From: Prorocentrum cordatum
Lineage: Eukaryota
Reading direction: 5' to 3'
Assembly (NCBI GenBank): GCA_963575745.1
Contig: CAUYUJ010000325.1
Span: forward strand, 310,001-374,000
DNA: 64,000 nt
Made by a program: the position numbers and the translations under genes. Shown in pieces: positions 52,115-63,988 of this stretch. Numbering within the stretch: position 1 is the first letter of the stretch; every line of letters starts with the position of its first letter. Under the pieces are notes generated by a model that saw only the letters and a list, made by a program, of their open reading frames with translations, did no database searches and was not told where the DNA came from.

Positions 52115-52890
52115 CACGACGAGGAGGAGGACGAGCAAGACCAGGAGGACGAGGACGAGCAGGAGCAGGACGAGGAGCAGGAGGAGCAGGAGAAGAAGGA
52201 CGAGCAGGAGGAGGAGGAGGACGAGCAAGAGGAGGAGGACGACCAGGAGGAGGAGGACGACCAGGAAGAGGAGGAGGAGGAGGAGGAGGGGAGGGGGAGG
52301 AGTACCAGGAGGAGGAGGAGGAGGAGGAGGAGGAGGAGGAGGAGGAGGAGGAAGAGGAGGAGGAGGAGGAGGAGGACGAGGACGAGGAGGAGGAGGAGGA
52401 GGGGGGGGGAGAGTACCAGGAGGAGGAGAACGAGGACCACCAGGAGGAGGAGGAGGAGGAGGAGGAGGAGGAGGAGGAGGAGAGAACACCAGGAGGAGGA
52501 GGACGAGCAAGACGAGGAGGACGAGAACGAGGACGACCAGGGAGGAGGAGGAGGAGGAGGAGGAGGAGGAGGGGAGGGGGAGGACTACCAGGAGGAGGAG
52601 GAGGAGGAGGAGGAGGAGGAGGAGGAGGAGGAGGAGGAAGAGGAGGAGGAGGACGAGGAGGAGGACGAGGAGGAGGGGGGGGGGAGAGCACCAGGAGGAG
52701 GAGAACGAGGACCACCAGGAGGAGGAGGAGGAGGAGGAGGAGGAGGAGGAGGAGGAGGAGGAGAGAGCACCAGGAGGAGGAGGACGAGCAAGACGAGGAG
52801 GACGAGAACGAGGACGAGCAGGAGGAAGAGGAGGAGGAGGAGGAGGAGGGAGGAGGAGCAGGAGAAAGAGGAGGAGGAGGAGGAGGAGGC
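52115..52890. repeat. (GGA)n/(GAC)n tract
   Basis: Seen directly. Confidence 0.95.
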
Positions 52891-54104
52891 AGGCTGAGGC
52901 TGAGGCTGTGACTGCGACTGCCGTTGCCGCTGCGACTGTCATCGCGAATGCGACTACGACTGCGAGAGCAGCAGAATTCGACAACTGGATTTTCATCTGA
53001 ATCTTAAGGGGAATGCTTTCAGATATGCTTCTACACATCGCTGTTAGGTTGCTTTGCCGGGATAATGTTTATCACCATATTATGATTTAATCGCTTCGCT
53101 CATTCCGCCGGCCCTCGAGCGCTCTATGGGGCCTCTTTGAAGCCTCTTGGGGGCCTCTTTGGGGCCTCCTAGGGTCCTCTTGGGGGCCTCTTGGGGGTCT
53201 CTTGGGGCTCCTTGGCGGCGTCGTGGGGCCCCCTTGGGCGTCTTGGGGGGCTCTTGGGGGTATCTTGGGGCGGGGTAGTCGAGTGCACCCCCCTCGGAGG
53301 ACACACTCATCGTGAGGGGTGTCGAAAAAAGGCCTTCAAAACCATCTCTGAGTATCTGAGTAGAAATTCCCGGGCTGCGGTCGGGGTACTTTTCGCCGGG
53401 GGACCCTCAGGGGCCGCCCCGCGCGCGCAAACTAGAAGAATTGTTAACCAGTTACCGGAGATCTTAGCACGCCTCTGGCCCGTTGGGCCGGCGAATCAGT
53501 CATAATTCGATTGTTGTTAGCATTATTCGTTCCTATACTATGCTGATTATGTTTCTCCTCCTCCTCCTGCTCCTCCTCCTCCTCTTCCTCCTCCTCCTCT
53601 TCCTCCGCCTCCTCTTCCTCCTCCTTCTCCTCCCCTTCTCCTCCTCCTCCTCCTCCACCTCCTCCACCTCCTCATCCTCCTGTTCCTCTTCCTCCTCCTC
53701 CTCCTCCTCCTTCTCTTCCTCCTCCTCCTCCTCCTCGTCCTCCTCCACCTCCTCCTCCTCCTCCTCCTCACCTTCCTCTCACCCTTCCCCCTGTCGTGCA
53801 GGTCGGCGTACGGCGCACGTGCGCATCTCCCTGTGCACCGCAGATTGGTCGATTGAATCAGTCCACTTGGTTCACGGACGGCCAATTGAGCGGGCGGGCG
53901 CCTTCTGGACGCTGGGAGGAGTTAGGATGATGCGGAAGCACCCGAGGGGACTCGAAGATTCGAGTTCATTTTTCCATAAGAATTCGATTCCAAATCCTAT
54001 AGAAGCAATTGCTCTCTGTGGGTTCAACAGGCGCTCCATTTGGTCAAAAGGATTCCTTCTGAACTTTAAAACAGCATTCGTACTCTGTTGCACACAATGC
54101 TGTA

Positions 54105-54450
54105 GTGCACGCGGGCGCCATGATGTACACAAGCGTTGTGGTGCACGCAGGCACTGTGATGTACACAGGCGCTGTGTTGCGCACGGGTACTGTGGTGTAC
54201 GCAGACGTTGTAGTGTACACAAGCGCTGTGGTGCACGCAGGCACCGTGGTGCACACTGGCATTGTGTTGCACGCGGCTGCTGTGGTTTACATAAGCTGGT
54301 GCACAGGAAAAAGTGTTGTACACAGGCGTTGCGGTGCAGATCGCCCCCTACATGCTGCTGCGACCCGTCCTCTATCATTCCTAAGCATTCTCAGACGCCG
54401 CCGGCGCGAAACGTGACGTCATCGGCCCCCCCTGCCGGTGACGGCAGTCA
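54105..54450 (-). repeat. Inverted copy of the 49900-50240 repeat
   Basis: Manual reverse-complement alignment. Confidence 0.85.
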
Positions 54451-54808
54451 TCGCACCGGAAAGAAAAAAACAGGCTCCTGCGTAGCACCCCGCAATTGCG
54501 GATAAGAGTGAGGGGGCGGGCGCGGGCGACGCGGGCGTCGTCGAGCCGGCGGACCTCGTGGCCCCCACTCCCTGTCGATGGCGGTCTCCTCCTCCTCCTC
54601 CTCCTCCTTCTCCTCCTCCTCCTCCTCCTCCTCGTCCTCGTCCTCGTCCCCATCGTCATCGTCATCGTCATCGTCATCCTCCTCCTCCACCTCGTCCTCC
54701 TCCTCCTCTTCTTCCTCGTCCTCCCTCTCCCCCCCTCGTCCTTTCATCATCGTCTCCCCATTGTCGTCCTCCCCCTCATCGGCCTCCATCACCGTCCTCC
54801 CACTGTCG

Positions 54809-54810
<2 letters not shown>

Positions 54811-54873
<63 letters not shown>

Positions 54874-54880
54874 TATCATT

Positions 54881-54927
<47 letters not shown>

Positions 54928-55017
54928 CATCATCATCACCATCACCATCATCATCATCATCGTCATCATCATCATCATCATCATCATCACCATCATCGTC
55001 ATCATCATCATCATCAT
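54811..55017. repeat. (CAT)n microsatellite
   Basis: Seen directly. Confidence 0.95.
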
Positions 55018-55336
55018 CCCCCTCCTCCCCCTCCTCCCCCTCCTCGTCCTCCTGCTCCTCCTCCTTTCCTTTCTTCACATTATCCTTACATCCTCTCTTC
55101 TTCCGCGTCCTCCTCGTCCCCTGTTTACTCCTCCTGCCTCCCCCTCCTTTCCCAAGATAGCTGCAACGCAATCGTTTTTTCCATGTTATGCTCCCCAACT
55201 TCTCTGATCAAGGCAACTCGCCAGAGCAAAGTTGCTGGACGGGCTGGTGTGGCTGCGCGGGGCTTGAAGAGGTCCTTGCGGGCTCAGACGGCATGCAACA
55301 ATCCTCCGCCGCGCTTGTGCGGCATTGATTTGTTCA

Positions 55337-55706
55337 GTGAACGTGGTTTGGGTCGCGGGTGGGTCGCGGACTCCCCACCTCCACCTATAGGAATGCAAAA
55401 GCAGCCCGCCGCAGGCTCCAAAAAAATTGGTTTGTGCACTGAACGTGGTTTGGGTCGCGGGTGGGCCGCGGGTTCTCCACCAGAAACGAATGCAAAAAAT
55501 GCCCGCCGCAGGCGCCGAAAAATGTGGTTTGTACCCTGAACGTGGTCGCGGGTGGGCCGCGGGCTCTCCACCTGAAACGAATGTAAAACATGCCCGCCGC
55601 AGGCGCCGAAAAATATGGTTTGTACCCTGAACGTGGTTTGGGTCGCGGGTTGGTCGCGAGTTGGTCACGGGGTGGGTCGAGGGCTCTCCACTTGGAAGGA
55701 ATGCAG

Positions 55707-55750
<44 letters not shown>

Positions 55751-56072
55751 CAGGCGCCGAAAATGGGTGTTTTGTACCTTGATACCTTGAACGTGGTTTG
55801 GGTCGAAGGTGGGTCGCGGGTGGGTCGCGGGGTGGGCCGCGGGTGGGTCGCGGCTGGGTCGCGGGTGGGTCGCGGCTGGGTCGCGGGTGGGTCGCGGGGT
55901 GGGCCGCGGGCGGGTCGCAGGGTGGGTCGCAGGGTGGGTCGCGGGGTGGGTCGCGGCTGGGTCGCGGGGTGGGTCGTGGGGTGGGTCGCGGGTGGGTCGC
56001 GGGTGGGTCGCGGGTGGGTCGCGGGTTGGGTCGCGGGTTGGGTCGCGGGTGGGTCGCGGGGCGGGTTGCGGG
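55337..56072. repeat. ~100-bp repeats (TGAACGTGGTTTGGGTCGCGGG...) followed by a (GGGTCGCGGGT)n array
   Basis: Seen directly. Confidence 0.9.
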
Positions 56073-56087
56073 TGGGACGACGACAAC

Positions 56088-56120
<33 letters not shown>

Positions 56121-56121
56121 C

Positions 56122-56250
56122 GAGAAGTCGCGTCGAGGCTGGGCCCGCGCTAACGCAGGGCACAACCGTCGACTGGCGCAGGCCCAGGCCAGGCGGTGGG
56201 GTGAGCGCGAGTCGGCGTCGCGGAGCCGAGCAACCTCGCCGACGCCTCCC
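56122..56250. repeat. Terminal direct repeat B2 (129 bp)
   Basis: Base-for-base identical to 56552-56680. Confidence 0.95.
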
Positions 56251-56551
56251 CCAAGCCTGGCGCTGGGTCAGCCCAGCCTCGACACAACTAGCAGCCACTG
56301 CGACGCCAGTGCGCTCGCGCAGCAGGGTCGGGCGGGTGGGGAAAAACGCATCCCGCCAGCGGGACGGCCACGCGTGAGACAAATCCCATTCACCTGCGAC
56401 GAGAACGCGCTCGCGGGCGCGCAGGGTGGGGATCCGCCTCAGCCGTGAATAGCCGTCCCGCAGCATTAGAGACAAGCAAGAAGATAGCCAATAGGGGCCA
56501 CGACGCTCGCGCGACTTCTCCCCGCGCTCAAATGCTGCCCAGAGCGCCCAT

Positions 56552-56680
56552 GAGAAGTCGCGTCGAGGCTGGGCCCGCGCTAACGCAGGGCACAACCGTC
56601 GACTGGCGCAGGCCCAGGCCAGGCGGTGGGGTGAGCGCGAGTCGGCGTCGCGGAGCCGAGCAACCTCGCCGACGCCTCCC
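56552..56680. repeat. Internal direct repeat B1 (129 bp)
   Basis: Base-for-base identical to 56122-56250. Confidence 0.95.
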
Positions 56681-56748
56681 GATGCATGCTCGGCGGAACG
56701 ACGCCCAAGCGCGCTCTAAGCAGACCGCAGATGCCTGGTCTGCTTGAC

Positions 56749-58810
56749 TCACGGCCTGGGCGGCCCCTGCACCGCTTCCGCGGCGATCGGCGCGTCCTGC
56801 GCGCCACGCGCCGCCGCGGAGCCCCGACCCCGATGCCTGCAGGGCGGCGCCTCGTCGGAATCGGAGTGCGCGATCTCGGCTTCTGCCGCCAGCACCATGG
56901 CTCGCGTCTTTGCGGCCGGGTACCTGTGCGCCGCCAAGCGCCGCGCCCTCGCGACCCAGGCAGCGCGGCCGTGCCCCCTGTCGGAATGGAGTGCCCGAGC
57001 GCGGCCACAGATCTCCAACCCCCTTCGAAGAACAGCGCTGCTGGCCCCCCGGTGCGGAGTGCCTGTGTGCGAGAGACACGAACTGCGCGCGGGCCCTGGG
57101 TAGGCAGGGGACGGCAAGGGGGGCCCATGCCTGGTCGGCCCGGCCGCGCCTGAAGCAATGCGTCCCCCACTCCAATGCCCTATGGAGCCCGAGGTGGGCA
57201 GCGGCGAGCTTGACGCAAGCCAGCCCGTCCACGTAAGAGACGCCCGGCAGGAGCTGCTCGCCGGGCCGGAGCGAATGCCGAATGATGCAGACCGCACACA
57301 ATCGTTTGCCCTGGAGCTGGCATACGCATACCCTCCAGACCTCGCGATGCGGGGAGCCCGGGGCGCGCCCCGCCGCGCGCGCGCGCTCGGCCCGCCGGGT
57401 CGGGAGCCACTCTCCCCTTCCGCTGGCGGAATTGCACCTGCACCTGGTGCTTTCCTTCGTCTACGTGGAGCGAGACGGCACTATGCCCAGGCGCATTCAG
57501 CCCCACTACTTCGGAGCCGAAGCGCAAGCAGAACTGCCAGCATATGACGAAAGCGTCGGCCATATCGCCGCGTCCGATCTGCCAAACGCCAGGCCCGCGG
57601 GCCGGCACGCACGGCAGGCCGCTTAGTTAGAAGAGCGCGCGGCCGCGCCTCGCGCAGCCAGTCCGACATCGCGCGCACGTTTTCGGCCGTGGAGCGCGCG
57701 CGAAATCTTTGCGCACCAGGCGGTTCCGCCTGCCGCCGATATCATGGGCTCGCGGCCGACGCGCGCGGCGGCCGTACCTTTCGGGCACCGAATACCAGGG
57801 CCCGCGTGTCCGCCAAAGACCCTGTGTCTGCGCGGAGCAGATGCAGGACTGAGCGAATGCCCTGCAAATAGTTCGACAGGGTCCCCGGGCGGCGACAGAG
57901 CGCCACCATCATGTCCCGCGCGATGGCGCACGGCGGCCAGGGCGGGACGCCTGCCGCATCGCACGCCTGGCCGTACAACTCCACCGCCGAGGCATACGGG
58001 TATGCCGAGAGCTTCCACGCGTGGAATTCTCGCCACAGCGCGGCCATCTGGATGCGGCGCATGTACTCCAGTCCTGCTCCTGACACCCGCAATTCCTCGG
58101 CGCGCCGACGAGGTGTTCCTGGCACCCGCCGCACGCCGATGTCCTGCCTCGCGCGCACCTCCCGCGGAATGCCGCCTTCGCTTATGAATATCGCGGGCGG
58201 AGCCTGGAGTTTCGTCAGCTGGCGGATTGCCTCTGCCAGCATCGGCGGCGCTGGTACCTCCGCGCCGCGCGCGGTGCACGAGGACGGTGGCGCCGCGCGG
58301 TGGTGCCTGCCGCGCCTGCCTTGCCGCTGAGAGCAACGCGAGGGCTTCTTGAGGCGTCAAACCCCCGCCGGGCCGGCGTTTCGCGCGCAAGCCCGGTGCC
58401 GGTGCCGGGCACTTGGCCGCTTTCTCGAGTAACGTTTCCGCCGCCTTCGCGCCCACGGGTCAGCGGGCGGCGGCCGGCCTTGCTTGCTCCGCCGGATGGG
58501 GCGGAGTGGCGCGCGCGCGCTCGACCTGGGAGAGCGATGCCGCTGCATCGTCCTCCCGGGGCCGCTTTGCCTTTTCGTGGGTCAGCTTACGCGCGTGAGT
58601 AATAAGCGTCACGGTGAAGCACTCTGACCACTCCCGGAGGCGCGGGAACACTTCCCTCGCCTCCTTCGCCGTGAATCCGGACAGGTCGGGGGGATACGCC
58701 GCTCCTTCGGCTGCGAGCATGGATGTCAGACACTGCAGAGCTTCCGCGCCTACCGGATGCGAATCATTTTCGGGCGTCCACCGCGACGCGTGTGACAAGC
58801 ACGCAAGCAT
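56749..58810 (-). CDS. Multi-exon tyrosine recombinase
   Basis: TLSNYLQGIRSVL (SAM-like domain), FCLRFGSE (R), RQRKG (K), WGTHCFRRG (HxxR, ~57160) and GGWRS. Catalytic Tyr (TAC 56922-56920) follows once intron 56994-56924 is removed. Start is approximate. Confidence 0.82.
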
Positions 58811-58903
58811 GGCGCCCGCGGGCCCCCTCTCGCGGCGGGCCTGGTCGTCACGCGCTCGCCGCGCAAGCCTTTGCGCCCCCTACAAATTGCCCTGTGCTAC
58901 TTG

Positions 58904-61821
58904 CTATGCACGCCCGCGCGAATGCCAGGGCGCCGCGCGGGGCCATGGCCACGCCACTCGGGTGAAGCCCTCGCGGTGCATGGCCGCAATCGCGGCCGCC
59001 TTCGTGGCGGGCCGCGTAGGGGCGTCTGCCTCGTTGAGCGCGGATGGCACATACCGCGCGCTCAGGAGGCACCGCGCGGTCGCTGCTGCGAACCAAATAT
59101 CTGCCACGAGCGCGTTATAATCTGCCTGGCGCGAGGCCCCGCGTAGGAGCACCCCGAGCGCGGCCTGGCGCGGTCAGCGGAGCATCGCACGGGCAGCTCG
59201 GCGACCCGCGCCCGGCCGCGCCTTCGAATCGACAAACAACACGATTTCCGCATCGCGCAGCGTCGCGAGCAAATGATGCAAGGCGCAAACGGCCGCGACG
59301 AGTTCCCATGCCGCGACCTTTCGCAACACGGCGGGCTGTCCGCCAGGCTACGCGTGGCCGGGGCGCCCCCGCCTGCGTCTTGCGGTGCTTCGTCCACCGC
59401 TTGATCGACGAAGGCACATCAGCCGCTGCATAGCGCTTACCGCTGGGCCCAATGATGACCCACGCGAGCCTGCGGAGGCGGGGCGGGCCGGGCAATGCGG
59501 GCGCCGTTCCAAACAGGCGCGCGCGTATGTCGCCTGCCGCCGCCCGTCGCGTCGGAATAGACGAGGTAGCGTGGCCGCTCCGGGGTCACCCGCAGGGGCA
59601 CCGCTCGTTCCGGCGCGCTCCGGAGGAAGCGCAGCCACCATTCCAATGCCCCGCGGAGCCGCGACTTCAACCTCCATCCCCGCTGCTGCGCGTGCCAGAA
59701 CAGCGGGGCGAGGTATACCCGGGCACCTGCCGTCGCTCTCGCGCGCGCGCGTCGCTCGCGCGCGGGAGCTTGGGCGTGCCTCTGCCGAACACCGCAGAGG
59801 AGCCCCATCCGAGTCTGCCGGCAAGTTTTGATGCCGCCGCCGGCGACATTCTCCCTGCCTCCAGCACCCACTCGATCTCTTGGATCCATTTGTGGCGCTT
59901 GTCGCCACCGATCGCGAATACTAACGAGAGCTCATCGCCCGATCCGCGCACTTCCGCGTCGACGCCGAGCACAGTGGCCCTCGGCTCGGCAACAACGCGT
60001 TTGCCGGCGTCCAGGCGCCAGCCCAAAAGGTCTTCGACGACCGCCCTCAGGACCTCTGCGGCATCGCGGGGGCCGCCCGCGCCGGGCCCCCTGTCCGCGT
60101 CGGCCCGGAACAGATCGTCCACGAATCGGCCCGAAGCGAGCGAGAACAGCTTGGCAAGGATGGCCTGCCGCGCTCGCGGGGCGCTCGCCGTGCCGCCGCG
60201 GCGCTCGCGCCTCGCGCCGGGAGCGCCGCCCCAACGCGGTCCCAAGCGCATCCGCTGCCCACGGCGCCGAAGGGGCAGCTCAAGAGTTGCAGACAGTAGC
60301 CCTCGCGGGCTCCCTTGGCCCACACCGAATGGGCCAACGGGAGGTCGGCGCCTCGCACGGGCAACGTTTTGTAAGCACCGATGAAATCTTCTTTGCTCAG
60401 CACCGGCGTGCCGGCCGCGGCCGCGACCCGCGCCAGCTCGACCAGAGCATCGAGAGAATCCACCCTGCGCGCGGTCGCGGCGACACGGGAGAGCGGACAG
60501 CGCGCGCGAGGGGCGGGGGGGAGGGGGAAGGGCCCGCCTGCACCTCTCGGCTGCGGCGGCGCAGTCATTAACGCCCGTGGCAGTGAAATCGTCGATCGCG
60601 CGCACCTGGACGCGTTGGCTCCCGGCGCGGCGCCCAGGGGAGGGGACGGTGCATGCCGCGGCGAATGCGCCATTCCTTGCGTATCCATTCTTCCAACTTC
60701 CAGCGCCATCCCTCGTCTACAGGGAATCGCGGGTTTAACACCGCCCCGCGTGGCAGGTCGGACAACCGGACCCACGCTGCCTGGCCCGCGGCCACCTGCA
60801 CGCTCGCGGACGTCGCAGCATGGGCGACTGTCCCCGCTGGCTTGCGCGGCGCGCGCCTCTTCGTATGCTTTATCATGCAAAATCTGGGTGACTTCCGCGT
60901 CGGCCCCCAGATCCCGAGACACGCGCTCGAGGGTGGCGGCGTTCAAAGTGTCCGCTCGGCTGCGCAACTCGGATGGGCATTCGGCTCCCTTGGGGGTCAC
61001 GGGCGCGTTCATGCCCGAGCGCGGCAGGACCCCCACTAGCGGGAAGCCCCGCTCCAAGTCACGCGTCAAATTCTCGTCGGACGCCTCAAGCACGGAGCCG
61101 CGCCCCGCTGTCGCGCGCGCGCGCGCTGCGTCGCTGGTCACCCCAGCAGCTTGCATCATTTCGGCCAAAAGCAACAAGTTCTTGTCAGGCCCAAGGACGG
61201 AGCGCACATGCCATGGTAACTTCGCATAGCGTGCCTCGCCCGACCGCGCTCTCCGCCGGCGCTTCGCGGTAGCGGCGCGCCGGGCGGCGCCTTCCATTCT
61301 GAAGCCGTCACGCGTTTGCGCTCTCGCCAAAATTGCAACGCCGCCTCGCGCCTCTCTTGCAAGAGCGCGTCGCTCGTCTGGCTCGCCGCCACCGCCGCAT
61401 CGCGCTCAGGTCCCGCAAGCGGCGCTATCTCGCGGACTCGCGGCAAGTGTGCCGCCCAGGCGGCGTGGCAAAGAGGGCTCATGCCCGCCCTCTTGTCTTC
61501 GTCGTCGAGCAACGCATCCACGGCGGCTTTGATCTGCGCGCGCGCGCTTCGCGGCTCCGCCCCCGTAGAGTGGCGGGCAAGGGCCTCTTCAAATGCGCAG
61601 CCGGCATCGTGGATTTGCTGGGGGCAAAGGTCGCCGCCCCCGCCTTCGGCGCCGTCGTCGGAATCAACATCCGCGTCCTGCGCTGCGCTCGCCGCGGGCG
61701 GGGCGGTCTCGCGCGCGGCGCACTGGCGGCGCCTCCTGCCCCTCGGGCGACGGCCCGCGCCACACTGCGCCCTCACCGCTGTCGGCAGGGTGCAATGGGG
61801 AGGCCCCGTCGTCTGCATCAC
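58904..61821 (-). CDS. Multi-exon pol: DIRS-type reverse transcriptase plus RNase H
   Basis: DLERGFPLVG, PRFPV, K|VRAIDDF...GVN, KEDFIGAYKTLPV, CPFGAVGS...WDRV, FVDDLF (~60120), VLGV, KLAGRLGW, LEWW, VYSDA (59553), WELVA, LFVDS and NALVADIW lie in different frames that join on removing short introns. Ends are approximate. Confidence 0.88.
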
Positions 61822-61919
61822 TGGCTGGTGCGGCGCCCCCGCGGGGGGGCGCGCGCGCGCGCGCGGAGCGCGCCTCGGGCGGGCGAATAATTAGCATGCA
61901 CAGCGCCGGCGCCCTGGCT

Positions 61920-63712
61920 TCACCACCGCCAGGACTCCTTTCGCTCAGGCTTGTGCCACGAGCTCCCCGCGTCCTTGGGAGCCCCTCCCTTGCCGGCCTT
62001 TCCGCTCCCCTTCTTGCTGAAGGTATCGCGGCGGGGGCTGCGCGAGCGCTGGCGGAGGACAGGGCTCACCGGGGTCCGTGGCTTCGCCGCCTCGCGCGCC
62101 GCGACGCGTGCTCGCGCTCGCGGGGCGCGCGCGCGCGGGCTCGCGCCTGGTCGCGCCGGTCGTTGCCGCCTTTCTTGCCCCCGCCCTTGGCGAACGCCGC
62201 CTGGCGGTCCGACTGCTGGACTCTCTCCTACAGCGCGCAGCGCGATGCACGATGCCAGGGCGGCGGCCACTCAAAAGCGCTGCGCTCCTTGGCGGCGCGC
62301 AGAATGTCCCACGACAACGCAGTGAACGAGGCCGTCGCATCCTCGTCGCCGTGTTCCAGGTCTTTCGCCACTTTCTGGCGGAGAAGCAAATCGTACGTGT
62401 AGGAAACCTGGACGCGGCGCGGGCTCCCGCGCGCGGCTCCCTGGGCATCGGGCCCGCCGCTCCGCGGACGCGCCTTGACGCCCCCGTGCTCCTCGCTCAC
62501 GCGCGCGAGCTGGTACATGTATCCCAATAGCACGACGGGATCAAACACTTTGGACAGGATGCAGCGAAGCCCCCACTCCATTACGTGGGCCTCGCGCCAC
62601 GGGGCGCGCGTGGGCGCGCGCGCTGCGCTGCGTCGCGCGCGACCTGGAAGTGCGCATAACCGAGAAAATCCATTCGGTCCAGGGCCGCACCCGCGCGGTT
62701 CGCCGCGGTGACGGCCGACGCGCGATCGCGCCACGAGCCCGCCCCCGCTGGCACCGAGTCCAGCTTCGGCATTCGCGCCCATTGGGGCTTGCAGTGGTCC
62801 TGCGCGCGGAGCAATCGGCGAAACGGAAGCTTGTCATTGCACGTGCCGCCGAGCAGGGAGCCTGCAGGCTCTCGCCCTCGGCGCTCCCAATGTATGAGCG
62901 GCCATGGGACTGGGCCGTCCGGCCCGCGGCCGCGAATTTGCGCATCGACTCCTCGGTCGGCAATCCCTCACGGGGGAACTTGCCGAGCCAGACCTCGCGC
63001 ACGCGGTCCTGCCGAGGCGCGTATCCCCGAACAATGCCGCCCGCGCATGCGAAAACGCGGCGCGCCTCCATGGCAAACGCCAGCGGCTTCTCCCGCTTTT
63101 CTTCGAGCAATTCCTTGCTGGCCTTCACGTATTCTTCCATTGCCGCCGCAATCCGCGTCGTCTCCTCCGCGGGCTTGGCGGCCGCCTCCGCCGGGGCCGA
63201 TTGCTGACCCTCCTGGCGGCACGCCGTGCGGCGGCCCGCGTCCTCGCGCACCAACGGGGCGGGGGCCTTCCGCCCGAAGGCTTCCATCGCTCGCGACTGT
63301 GTCCGCAGCGCCATATTGATGCGGCACGGCTTAATCGCGAAATCACGCCACTCCGCGGAAGAATCGCCCGCAAACGGCTTCGCGCCTGGCTTCAGGGCCG
63401 CAATCAACACATCGCGCATGGCCGCATCCGAGTAATCAATCGGGCGGACCGCCCCGATCGCTTCGGCCATCAGGCGCGCGACCGTGGTGCACAGCACCAG
63501 CTCGGGAGCTGGCGATGCGCCCCCCTCCGCCGCGTTGGCCGCTGCGACGAAGAGGACCCAATCGGCCTTGCGCGCCGCTGCGAGTGGGCTCATGCCCGCG
63601 GTAGACGCACGGAGACGCGCGCGCGCGCCCTGATGGCATTTTTGTCGGCGCCGAATGCGCCAGCAGGCAGATCGCCAAGCAACTCAACGATGTCTGAGCG
63701 AGCCAGCGCCAT
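61920..63712 (-). CDS. Multi-exon gag-like ORF1
   Basis: Starts at ATG 63712 (MALARSDIVELL). Seven introns traced give a continuous helical protein (...EEHGGVK|VSYTYDLLLRQKVA...) with a basic RS/KG tail, upstream of pol. Confidence 0.7.
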
Positions 63713-63836
63713 GGATGCTGCGCGCGCGTCGGAAAGCGCCGTGCACGTATCCCCCTCGGCGTCCTTATCGCGCGCTGGCGGTTGCACATGACATAACCCG
63801 CAGGCATCCAGCGCAAGAGGGCAGGCAAACGCACGC

Positions 63837-63988
63837 CGCAGGCATACTGCGCACCGGGGCTGACAGGCAGCATCCGCAGGCATACTGCGCACTGGGCCGG
63901 CATACGGCAACCGCAGGCGTACTGCGTACAAGGGCCGGCATACGGCACACACTTGCAGGCATACTGCAACGCACGCAGGCATACTGCG
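63837..63988. repeat. Five spaced copies of the palindrome YGCAG-GCRTA-CTGCR upstream of gag
   Basis: Copies start at 63837, 63875, 63912, 63954 and 63974. Confidence 0.85.

Noticed and set aside
56991..56993. Apparent catalytic Tyr-to-His inactivation of the recombinase
   Set aside because: The His codon lies inside a predicted intron, and splicing supplies Tyr at that position.
57623..63791. Plus-strand and alternative-frame Arg/Ala/Pro-rich ORFs over the YR element
   Set aside because: Shadow ORFs expected at very high GC; all conserved motifs are in the spliced minus-strand frames.
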